A DNA stretch of 64,000 nucleotides, from assembly GCA_032718475.1 (NCBI GenBank), contig JAUCBJ010001695.1, positions 20,287-84,286 of the forward strand. Reading direction: 5' to 3'. Numbering within the stretch: position 1 is the stretch's first letter; the number at the start of each line of letters is the position of its first letter. A program made the translations under genes and the position numbers. The notes below the pieces were generated by a model. It searched no databases. It was given only the letters and a program-made list of their open reading frames with translations, and was not told where the DNA came from. Shown here in pieces: positions 45,001 to 56,508 of the stretch. Source of the stretch: Nemertoderma westbladi (lineage: Eukaryota; Animalia; Xenacoelomorpha).

Positions 45001-48000
45001 CAGTTAGGTAAACATCTGCCCCACTAATAGAACATAGCGAACGACGCACCAGTTAGGTAAACATCTGCCCCACTAATAGAACATAGCGAACGACGCACCA
45101 GTTAGGTAAACATCTGCCCCACTAATAGAACATGGCGAACGACGCACCAGTTAGGTAAACATCTGCCCCACTATTAGAACATAGCGAACGACGCACCAGT
45201 TAGGTAAACATCTGCCCCACTAATAGAACATAGCGAACGACGCACCAGTTAGGTAAACATCTGCCCCACTAATAAAACATAGACGAACGACGCACCAGTT
45301 AGGAAAACATCTGCCCCACTAATAGAACATAGGCGAACGGCGCACCAGTTAGGAAAACATCTGCCCCACTAATAGAACATAGGCGAACGGCGCACCAGTT
45401 AGGAAAACATCTGCCCCACTAATAGAACATAGGCGAACGGCGCACCAGTTAGGAAAACATCTGCCCCACTAATAGAACATAGGCGAACGACGCACCAGTT
45501 AGGAAAACATCTGCCCCACTAATAGAACATAGCGAACGACGCACCAGTTAGGTAAACATCTGCCCCACTAATAGAACATAGGCGAACGGCGCACCAGTTA
45601 GGAAAACATCTGCCCCACTAATAGAACATAGACGAACGGCGCACCAGTTAGGAAAACATCTGCCCCACTAATAGAACATAGGCGAACGGCGCACCAGTTA
45701 GGTAAACATCTGCCCCACTAATAGAACATAGCGAACGGCGCACCAGTTAGGAAAACATCTTCCCCACTAATAGAACATAGGCGAACGGCACACCAGTTAG
45801 GTAAACATCTGCCCCACTAATAGAACATAGGCGAACGACGCACCAGTTAGGTAAACATCTGCCCCACTAATAGAACATAGCGAACGACGCATCAGTTAGG
45901 AAAACATCTGCCCCACTAATAGAACATAGGCGAACGGCGCACCAGTTAGGAAAACATCTTCCCCACTAATAGAACATAGCGAACGACGCACCAGTTAGGT
46001 AAACATCTTCCTCACTAATAGAACATAGGCGAACGGCACACCAGTTAGGAAAACATCTTCCCCACTAATAGAACATAGCGAACGACGCACCAGTTAGGTA
46101 AACATCTTCCCCACTAATAGAACATAGGCGAACGGCACACCAGTTAGGTAAACATCTGCCCCACTAATAGAACATAGGCGAACGGCGCACCAGTTAGGTA
46201 AACATCTGCCCCACTAATAGAACATAGGCGAACGGCGCACCAATTAGGAAAACATCTGCCCCACTAATAGAACATAGGCGAACGGCGCACCAGTTAGGAA
46301 AACATCTTCCCCACTAATAGAACATAGCGAACGACGCACCAGTTAGGTAAACATCTGCCCCACTAATAGAACATAGCGAACGACGCATCAGTTAGGAAAA
46401 CATCTGCCCCACTAATAGAACATAGGCGAACGGCGCACCAGTTAGGAAAACATCTTCCCCACTAATAGAACATAGCGAACGACGCACCAGTTAGGTAAAC
46501 ATCTTCCTCACTAATAGAACATAGGCGAACGGCACACCAGTTAGGAAAACATCTTCCCCACTAATAGAACATAGCGAACGACGCACCAGTTAGGTAAACA
46601 TCTTCCCCACTAATAGAACATAGGCGAACGGCACACCAGTTAGGTAAACATCTGCCCCACTAATAGAACATAGGCGAACGGCGCACCAGTTAGGTAAACA
46701 TCTGCCCCACTAATAGAACATAGGCGAACGGCGCACCAATTAGGAAAACATCTGCCCCACTAATAGAACATAGGCGAACGGCGCACCAGTTAGGAAAACA
46801 TCTGCCCCACTAATAGAACATAGCGAACGGCGCACCAGTTAGGAAAACATCTTCCCCACTAATAGAACATAGGCGAACGGCACACCAGTTAGGTAAACAT
46901 CTGCCCCACTAATAGAACATAGGCGAACGGCGCACCAGTTAGGTAAACATCTGCCCCACTAATAACATAGGCGAACGACGCACCAGTTAGGTAAACATCT
47001 GCCCCACTAATAGAACATAGGCGAACGACGCACCAGTTAGGTAAACATCTGCCCCACTAATAGAACATAGGCGAACGGTGCACCAGTTAGGAAAATATCT
47101 GCCCCACTAATAGAACATAGGCGAACGACGCACCAGTTAGGTAAACATCTGCCCCACTAATAACATAGGCGAACGACGCACCAGTTAGGTAAACATCTGC
47201 CCCACTAATAGAACATAGGCGAACGGCGCACCAGTTAGGAAAATATCTGCACCACTAATTGAACATAGGCGAACGACGCACCAGTTAGGTAAACATCTGC
47301 CCCACTAATAGAACATAGGCGAACGGCGCACCAGTTAGGAAAATATCTGCCCCACTAATAGAACATAGGCGAACGACGCACCAGTTAGGTAAACATCTGC
47401 CCCACTAATAGAACATAGGCGAACGACGCACCAGTTAGGTAAACATCTGCCCCACTAATAGAACATAGGCGAACGGCGCACCAGTTAGGAAAATATCTGC
47501 CCCACTAATAGAACATAGGCGAAAGACGCACCAGTTAGGAAAACATCTGCCCCACTAATAGAACATAGCGAACGACGCACCAGTTAGGTAAACATCTGCC
47601 CCACTAATAGAACATAGGCGAACGACGCACCAGTTAGGTAAACATCTGCCCCACTAATAACATAGGCGAACGACGCACCAGTTAGGTAAACATCTGCCCC
47701 ACTAATAGAACATAGGCGAACGACGCACCAGTTAGGTAAACATCTGCCCCACTAATAGAACATAGGCGAACGGCGCACCAGTTAGGAAAATATCTGCCCC
47801 ACTAATAGAACATAGGCGAACGACGCACCAGTTAGGTAAACATCTGCCCCACTAATAACATAGGCGAACGACGCACCAGTTAGGTAAACATCTGCCCCAC
47901 TAATAGAACATTGGCGAACGGCGCACCAGTTAGGAAAATATCTGCCCCACTAATAGAACATAGGCGAACGACGCACCAGTTAGGTAAACATCTGCCCCAC

Positions 48001-51000
48001 TAATAGAACATAGGCGAAAGACGCACCAGTTAGGAAAATATCTGCCCCACTAATAGAACATAGTCGAACGGCGCACCAGTTAGGAAAATATCTGCCCCAC
48101 TAATAGAACATAGGCGAACGGCGCACCAGTTAGGAAATCATCTGCCCCACTAATAGAACATAGCGAACGACGCACCAGTTAGGTAAACATCTGCCCCACT
48201 AATAGAACATAGCGAACGACGCACCAGTTAGGTAAACATCTGCCCCACTAATAGAACATAGCGAACGGCGCACCAGTTAGGTAAACATCTGCCCCACTAA
48301 TAGAACATAGCGAACGACGCACCAGTTAGGAAAACATCTGCCCCACTAATAGAACATAGCGAACGACGCACCAGTTAGGAAAACATCTGCCCCACTAATA
48401 GAACATAGCGAACGACGCACCAGTTAGGTAAACATCTGCCCCACTAATTGAACATAGGCGAACGGCGCACCAGTTAGGTAAACATCTGCCCCACGAATAG
48501 AACATAGATGAACGACGCACCAGTTAGGTAAACATCTGCCCCACTATTAGAACATAGCGAAAGACGCACCAGTTAGGAAAACATCTGCCCCACTAATAGA
48601 ACATAGGCGAACGGCGCACCAGTTAGGTAAACATCTGCCCCACTAATAGAACATAGATGAACGACGCACCAGTTAGGTAAACATCTGCCCCACTATTAGA
48701 ACATAGCGAACGACGCACCAGTTAGGTAAACATCTGCCCCATTAATAGAACATAGGCGAACGGCGCACCAGTTAGGAAAACATCTGCCCCACTAATAGAA
48801 CATAGGCGAACGACGCACCAGTTAGAAAAACATCTGCCCCACTAATAACATAGCGAACGACGCACCAGTTAGGAAAACATCTGCCCCACTAATAGAACAT
48901 AGGCGAACGACGCACCAGTTAGGAAAACATCTGCCCCACTAATATAACAAAGGCGAACGGCGCACCAGTTAGGTAAACATCTGCCTCACTAATAGAACAT
49001 GGCGAACGACGCACCAGTTAGGTAAACATCTGCCCCACTATTAGAACATAGCGAACGACGCACCAGTTAGGTAAACATCTGCCCCACTAATAGAACATAG
49101 GCGAACGGCGCACCAGTTAGGTAAACATCTGCCCCACTAATAGAACATAGCGAACGACGCACCAGTTAGGTAAACATCTGCCCCACTAATAGAACATAGC
49201 GATCGACGCACCAGTTAGGTAAACATCTGCCCCACTAATAGAACATGGCGAACGACGCACCAGTTAGGTAAACATCTGCCCCACTATTAGAACATAGCGA
49301 ACGACGCACCAGTTAGGTAAACATCTGCCCCACTAATAGAACATAGCGAACGACGCACCAGTTAGGTAAACATCTGCCCCACTAATAAAACATAGACGAA
49401 CGACGCACCAGTTAGGAAAACATCTGCCCCACTAATAGAACATAGGCGAACGGCGCACCAGTTAGGAAAACATCTGCCCCACTAATAGAACATAGGCGAA
49501 CGGCGCACCAGTTAGGAAAACATCTGCCCCACTAATAGAACATAGGCGAACGGCGCACCAGTTAGGAAAACATCTGCCCCACTAATAGAACATAGGCGAA
49601 CGACGCACCAGTTAGGAAAACATCTGCCCCACTAATAGAACATAGCGAACGACGCACCAGTTAGGTAAACATCTGCCCCACTAATAGAACATAGGCGAAC
49701 GGCGCACCAGTTAGGAAAACATCTGCCCCACTAATAGAACATAGACGAACGGCGCACCAGTTAGGAAAACATCTGCCCCACTAATAGAACATAGGCGAAC
49801 GGCGCACCAGTTAGGAAAACATCTTCCCCACTAATAGAACATAGCGAACGACGCACCAGTTAGGTAAACATCTTCCCCACTAATAGAACATAGGCGAACG
49901 GCACACCAGTTAGGTAAACATCTGCCCCACTAATAGAACATAGGCGAACGACGCACCAGTTAGGTAAACATCTGCCCCACTAATAGAACATAGCGAACGA
50001 CGCATCAGTTAGGAAAACATCTGCCCCACTAATAGAACATAGCGAACGGCGCACCAGTTAGGTAAACATCTGCCCCACTAATAGAACATAGGCGAACGGC
50101 GCACCAGTTAGGTAAACATCTGCCCCACTAATAGAACATAGGCGAACGGCGCACCAGTTAGGTAAACATCTGCCCCACTAATAGAACATAGACGAACGGC
50201 GCACCAGTTAGGAAAACATCTGCCCCACTAATAGAACATAGGCGAACGGCGCACCAGTTAGGAAAACATCTTCCCCACTAATAGAACATAGCGAACGACG
50301 CACCAGTTAGGTAAACATCTTCCTCACTAATAGAACATAGGCGAACGGCACACCAGTTAGGAAAACATCTTCCCCACTAATAGAACATAGCGAACGACGC
50401 ACCAGTTAGGTAAACATCTTCCCCACTAATAGAACATAGGCGAACGGCACACCAGTTAGGTAAACATCTGCCCCACTAATAGAACATAGGCGAACGGCGC
50501 ACCAGTTAGGTAAACATCTGCCCCACTAATAGAACATAGGCGAACGGCGCACCAATTAGGAAAACATCTGCCCCACTAATAGAACATAGGCGAACGGCGC
50601 ACCAGTTAGGAAAACATCTGCCCCACTAATAGAACATAGCGAACGGCGCACCAGTTAGGTAAACATCTGCCTCACTAATAGAACATGGCGAACGACGCAC
50701 CAGTTAGGTAAACATCTGCCCCACTATTAGAACATAGCGAACGACGCACCAGTTAGGTAAACATCTGCCCCACTAATAGAACATAGGCGAACGGCGCACC
50801 AGTTAGGTAAACATCTGCCCCACTAATAGAACATAGCGAACGACGCACCAGTTAGGTAAACATCTGCCCCACTAATAGAACATAGCGATCGACGCACCAG
50901 TTAGGTAAACATCTGCCCCACTAATAGAACATGGCGAACGACGCACCAGTTAGGTAAACATCTGCCCCACTATTAGAACATAGCGAACGACGCACCAGTT

Positions 51001-52793
51001 AGGTAAACATCTGCCCCACTAATAGAACATAGCGAACGACGCACCAGTTAGGTAAACATCTGCCCCACTAATAAAACATAGACGAACGACGCACCAGTTA
51101 GGAAAACATCTGCCCCACTAATAGAACATAGGCGAACGGCGCACCAGTTAGGAAAACATCTGCCCCACTAATAGAACATAGGCGAACGGCGCACCAGTTA
51201 GGAAAACATCTGCCCCACTAATAGAACATAGGCGAACGGCGCACCAGTTAGGAAAACATCTGCCCCACTAATAGAACATAGGCGAACGACGCACCAGTTA
51301 GGAAAACATCTGCCCCACTAATAGAACATAGCGAACGACGCACCAGTTAGGTAAACATCTGCCCCACTAATAGAACATAGGCGAACGGCGCACCAGTTAG
51401 GAAAACATCTGCCCCACTAATAGAACATAGACGAACGGCGCACCAGTTAGGAAAACATCTGCCCCACTAATAGAACATAGGCGAACGGCGCACCAGTTAG
51501 GAAAACATCTTCCCCACTAATAGAACATAGCGAACGACGCACCAGTTAGGTAAACATCTTCCCCACTAATAGAACATAGGCGAACGGCACACCAGTTAGG
51601 TAAACATCTGCCCCACTAATAGAACATAGGCGAACGACGCACCAGTTAGGTAAACATCTGCCCCACTAATAGAACATAGCGAACGACGCATCAGTTAGGA
51701 AAACATCTGCCCCACTAATAGAACATAGCGAACGGCGCACCAGTTAGGTAAACATCTGCCCCACTAATAGAACATAGGCGAACGGCGCACCAGTTAGGTA
51801 AACATCTGCCCCACTAATAGAACATAGGCGAACGGCGCACCAGTTAGGTAAACATCTGCCCCACTAATAGAACATAGACGAACGGCGCACCAGTTAGGAA
51901 AACATCTGCCCCACTAATAGAACATAGGCGAACGGCGCACCAGTTAGGAAAACATCTTCCCCACTAATAGAACATAGCGAACGACGCACCAGTTAGGTAA
52001 ACATCTTCCTCACTAATAGAACATAGGCGAACGGCACACCAGTTAGGAAAACATCTTCCCCACTAATAGAACATAGCGAACGACGCACCAGTTAGGTAAA
52101 CATCTTCCCCACTAATAGAACATAGGCGAACGGCACACCAGTTAGGTAAACATCTGCCCCACTAATAGAACATAGGCGAACGGCGCACCAGTTAGGTAAA
52201 CATCTGCCCCACTAATAGAACATAGGCGAACGGCGCACCAATTAGGAAAACATCTGCCCCACTAATAGAACATAGGCGAACGGCGCACCAGTTAGGAAAA
52301 CATCTGCCCCACTAATAGAACATAGCGAACGGCGCACCAGTTAGGAAAACATCTTCCCCACTAATAGAACATAGGCGAACGGCACACCAGTTAGGTAAAC
52401 ATCTGCCCCACTAATAGAACATAGGCGAACGGCGCACCAGTTAGGTAAACATCTGCCCCACTAATAGAACATAGGCGAACGGCGCACCAATTAGGAAAAC
52501 ATCTGCCCCACTAATAGAACATAGGCGAACGGCGCACCAATTAGGAAAACATCTGCCCCACTAATAGAACATAGGCGAACGGCGCACCAGTTAGGAAAAC
52601 ATCTGCCCCACTAATAGAACATAGCGAACGGCGCACCAGTTAGGAAAACATCTGCCCCACTAATAGAACATAGGCGAACGGCGCACCAGTTAGGAAAACA
52701 TCTGCCCCACTAATAACATAGCGAACGGCGCACCAGTTAGGTAAACATCTGCCCCACTAATAGAACATAGCGAACGACGCACCAGTTAGGAAA
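1..52793. repeat. 49/50-bp tandem satellite array, about 1,060 units, continuing past the window start
   Basis: Consensus (G/GG/AT/GA)CGAACG(A/G)CGCACCAGTTAGG(A/T)AAACATCTGCCCCACTAATAGAACATA repeated head-to-tail with no unique spacers or insertions seen. A 2-bp deletion variant (CTAATAACATA) also occurs. The array ends abruptly at ...CCAGTTAGGAAA|CACAACAAAC. No ORFs are reported in this span. Confidence 0.99.
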
Positions 52794-53450
52794 CACAACA
52801 AACAACGGACAGTTTGTAATTTTCCTTAACAATCGCACCACCCCGTCTGCAAATTGCTAAGCGGTTAGACGTTAGAGTGAAGTGACTAGACTAGCACTGT
52901 GGCAATAAAAAACCTCAAAATTTGGTAACAAAAGCTGCGCATTTCAACAATATTGTCTAGTTTGCCCCGATTCAATCGCCAATTTTTAGCGTACGCCCTA
53001 CAATTGAAATTTAAGGCCCCTGTTGTTAATATATAAGTTGATGAAAAGTCATTATTTTAACGTGTCATATTACTCCAAGATCAAAGTATATTATAACACC
53101 ATATTTATATATTAACATGCACTTCAGCAATACACCATTTTTTTTACAACAATGAATAGAATAGGTTACACAGTAACTTAAAGTAATTACGAAACACCAA
53201 TTGAATAAAATATATAAATAAAAGATTTCTGTCTCCAGACCACACCACGGATTTGATTTCGGATATCAGTTAAATATTGTAATTATTTTTTTTTTAATTT
53301 ATATTTATTACTTTGATTACGAACTTAATCATTTAATAAAATCAAATTTTCTTATTTTAATTTTTAAAATATAAATGCCTGAAATATTATAATAATATTG
53401 CCACGTGTTTAACATTCATAAAATGTATCAATTATTAAAAAATTAAAACT

Positions 53451-53520
53451 GGTCTCCATGGTCCAGTGGTCAGTAAACCTTTAACGTATCACTGAGGACG
53501 TGGTGCGTTAAATTTTTCCC
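53451..53520 (+). other. Possible degenerate tRNA-derived SINE head
   Basis: GGTCTCCA-TGGTCCAGTGG resembles a Pol III A box (53459-53469). No convincing B box or cloverleaf follows. Confidence 0.2.
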
Positions 53521-54396
53521 TCCAATTAATTGCTATAGCGTTTGATCATCCAAATTCCCGATTAAATGATTCAATAAATTAGAAGACTAAAGTGGAAACA
53601 AAAAAATAAACAAAAAACAAATAACGTTAGACATACAGTATTATATGCATAAAATAAATATGTAGACATATATGCATCGGGGTCTACAACAATGCCAAAA
53701 TAATATTGAAGAAAATTTTACATGAATTCAACAAATCATCGTATACTATCGTGTAGCCAAAATCTAGTATTCAATTATCAATATGGCTACATTTAATTAT
53801 CACAAGGCAGCACACTGATCTGAACATCTTATAGCATTGGGTTACTGTGGGTTACTGTATGAATTGGAATATTCAATGCTAGATGTGGAGTATTACACAA
53901 AGTAGAAGCAAAACTTTCGATAATTAATGCAATTTTCGAAAAAAATGTTTAATTTATTTTTATATTTTGAGAGAATGGTGATCATGTGGTGACATCGGTT
54001 TCTCAAATTTTTTATTATCTACCGGGTGTTCCATAATGATTGCCCCCCCCCCCCCCCTGGCCAGCCAAAACTGCCGGACGTGCACCTTAGTGTAATATAT
54101 CATTCGAAAGATAATTTAATTCTGAGCTTACATGCAAATATTTACGGTCCAATACAAAAGTATAAAAATTTTATAGGCAATTCTTTAAACTTTTCTTACT
54201 TTTCAATATTTTTGTGGTTTAATCACAATTTAAAAAAATATAATTTATCCAGCGTTAATCATCAGATTTGCAACCCTGTTTAAACAGTTATTACTGCCTG
54301 ACTTTTTCTGTATTGCAATATATTACAGTATTCAGTTACCGGAATTAGTGTTTCTTTGGTAATTTTACTGAATTAGGCCTAACAGAAGTAATTCAA

Positions 54397-54498
54397 ATGA
54401 CAAGTTCCAGTGCAATCTTCGATGACTCTGAAGAAAAACGTATGGTTGAAGGGATCAGAGATATTACTTTTAGAGAGGCTCGTGATTCTGTTGCATAA
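54397..54498 (+). pseudogene. Probable remnant of a Tc1-like transposase N-terminus
   Basis: Short frame MTSSSAIFDDSEEKRMVEGIRDITFREARDSVA* between the TIRs. From memory, DSEE..R..I.FREARD resembles the N-terminus of some invertebrate Tc1-like transposases. This was not verified by a search. Confidence 0.45.
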
Positions 54499-54673
54499 TC
54501 AAACTGAACTCAAACCAAAACGGCCCTTTTAAGGGCCAACATCCTTTGTCACTATCGAGGAGCTTCCCGTGCTGCAAAGGGGAAACATGGCTGCAAAGCC
54601 ATGTTTCGCTGGATAAATTATATTTTTTTAATTGTGATTAAATCACAAATATTGAAAAGTAAGATAGGTTTAA

Positions 54674-56127
54674 CCCTATTAAACCCGGGGGGGGGGGGGG
54701 GGGGTCAATATGACCCCCCCCGTGGTTTTTTATTATAATTCTGAAACAAACGCAGTTGAGTATCTGCAATTTTATGACTTTTCCTAAAAATCTATTGTCT
54801 TCCTAGTAGTGAAAACCGTTTTCAAAAATATTGGGTAGTTTTCGAGTTATAGCACCATTTTTTAACCCTACTTTTGGCACTTTTTTTGAGGCGTTTTTTG
54901 AAAATTTCATTTAATTAAATATGAATTGTAACATCTCTATTTTTGATTTACACCGGTTTTTTGTTGATAGCAATTGGATGGAATTCATATAAATTGATTT
55001 AGAAATTTCAAACTTGTTTTTTGGCGGGTGCCAAATTTTGGTGCCAGTACCAAATTTTGAAATATGTCAATTTTGTAAATTGATTGTTTGAAACTTGTTA
55101 TTTGCGCAATTGGGGTTTTTTGGGGTTCTGGTTTCGATGAAATATATACGAGTTGCACCAAGCGTATCAAACTTGTATTTTTCGGTACTGTGTGCAAATT
55201 TTGGTGCTAGCACGAAATTTTGAAAAATCCATTCAATAGATAAAATTGCTTGTAACAATTCATTTCTTGCGTTATAGAGGTTTATGGGTGTTCTGAATTC
55301 AATGGAATATATAATTATCGAACTAGACATATCAAACTTGTATTTTTCGGAAGAGGGTGCAAAATGTGGTGCTAGCACCAAAATTTGAAATCCATCAAAT
55401 ATATCAATTGATTGTGTCACCTTGTTTCTTGCGTTATACGGGTTTGTGAGGGTTCTGAATTCAATAGAATCAGTAAAAATTTCATAAGAGTTTTCAAACT
55501 TGTATTTTTCGCCGGTGGGTGAAAATTGTTGTGCCAGCACCAAATTTTGGAAAATGAGTAAATTGATCAGTAGATAGTATCATCTTGTTTCTTGCGTTAA
55601 ACGGGTTTATGAGGGTCGTGAATCCGATGGAATCAATAAAAACAGCACTGGACATCGCAAACTTGTACTTTTTGGTGATGGGTACGAAATGGTTGCTAGC
55701 ACCAAAATTTGCCAAATTACGCCGAAAAATACAAGTTGCAATGATCTGGCATATTAGAAATGTATTCCATTAGAATCAGCGCCCAAGAGTGAATTTATAG
55801 CATCGTATAAGTGAATTAAAAATTTTGTGTTCAAACTCAAAAGTGCTGGTTACTTGTTTTTTTAATTTTTTTCCTACGCAGCGAGGACTAAACAGCCATT
55901 TATAGTAACCATTTCATTTTTAAATATTTTCCAATCTATTTTGCTCCCCAGAAAACCTGTATTGAAAAACAATTAGCCGAAAAATGTAACTTTCAAATTT
56001 TGTGAAAATTGTGCACTACTTGTAATTTTGGTGCTGCAATATAACCACCCCAGGGGGTCAATATGAACCCCCCCCCCCCCCCCCCCCCGGTATTTGTACA
56101 ACATTTTATAGCCCGGGACTAATAGGG
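54674..56127. mobile_element. Non-autonomous piggyBac-type element (1,454 bp) nested in the Tc1/mariner TIR
   Basis: TTAA duplication at 54670-54673 and 56128-56131. Termini are CCCTATTAAACCCGGG and CCCGGGACTAATAGGG (14/16 inverted match). Subterminal GGGGTCAATATGA(A)CCCC motifs lie near both ends. Removing the insert and one TTAA restores the host TIR. No transposase ORF is present. Confidence 0.92.
54975..55790. repeat. About 162-bp diverged tandem repeat (about 5 units plus an inverted partial unit) inside the piggyBac-like element
   Basis: CAAACTTGT anchors at 55009, 55168, 55333, 55495 and 55658 (spacings 159, 165, 162, 163). Each unit carries a near-palindrome with consensus CAAATTTTGGTGCTAGCACCAAAATTTG. 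Confidence 0.88.
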
Positions 56128-56508
56128 TTAAAGAATAGCCTACAAATTTTTTATACTTTTGTATTGGACCCTAACTTTTTGCATGCAAGTTCAGAATTAA
56201 ATTATCTTTTGAATGGTATATTACACTAAGGTGTATGTCTGGCAGTTTTGGCTGGCCAGGGGTGAGGGGGGGGGGGAATAACTATGGAAGACCCGGTATA
56301 TTCATATATTCTATTATTAATTACTGATCTAATTTTTCAAAAATTTATCATCAAAATTGTGCGAACTGATGAGCACTCTTTTTTAGAAGCTATTTAGTAC
56401 CTGCTAGGGTTGCTAGGCTACCCTTTGGTAATCACAGATGATAGCCAAAATAAGGCTCAATCAACTATAAACGACAATGTTGTTCTAAAAACAGGTTATT
56501 TTCTGCTC

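Larger units (their letters stand above)
54022..56296 (+). mobile_element. Non-autonomous Tc1/mariner-type DNA transposon (about 817 bp without the nested insert)
   Basis: TA target duplication at 54020-54021 and 56297-56298. Imperfect TIRs of about 232 bp: left 54022-54254 (CCGGGTGTTCCATAATG...TTATCCAGCG); right 54607-54673 plus 56132-56296 (...CTATGGAAGACCCGG). The right TIR is split at a TTAA by the piggyBac-like insert. Confidence 0.9.

Noticed and set aside
1-52793. CRISPR array
   Set aside because: Units are contiguous with no unique spacers, there are no cas genes, and the context is eukaryotic.
1-52793. TTAGG (arthropod telomere motif) once per unit
   Set aside because: It is a single pentamer per 49 bp, not tandem, and it lies on the A/C-rich strand, opposite to the overall strand bias.
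7800-52793. CpG-deamination (methylation) signature among rare variants such as GGTGC, GATGC, GCAAAC and GGCACA
   Set aside because: Non-CpG C>T variants (AAATAT, CCCTAC, GCATCA, CCTCAC, CCCATT) are similarly diverse. Enrichment cannot be shown without counting.
54026-55773. Short ORFs of 62-158 aa in 54026-55773
   Set aside because: They lie in a TIR or in the 162-bp repeat. The recurring LAPKF-type peptides simply reflect the DNA palindrome, and there are no transposase motifs.
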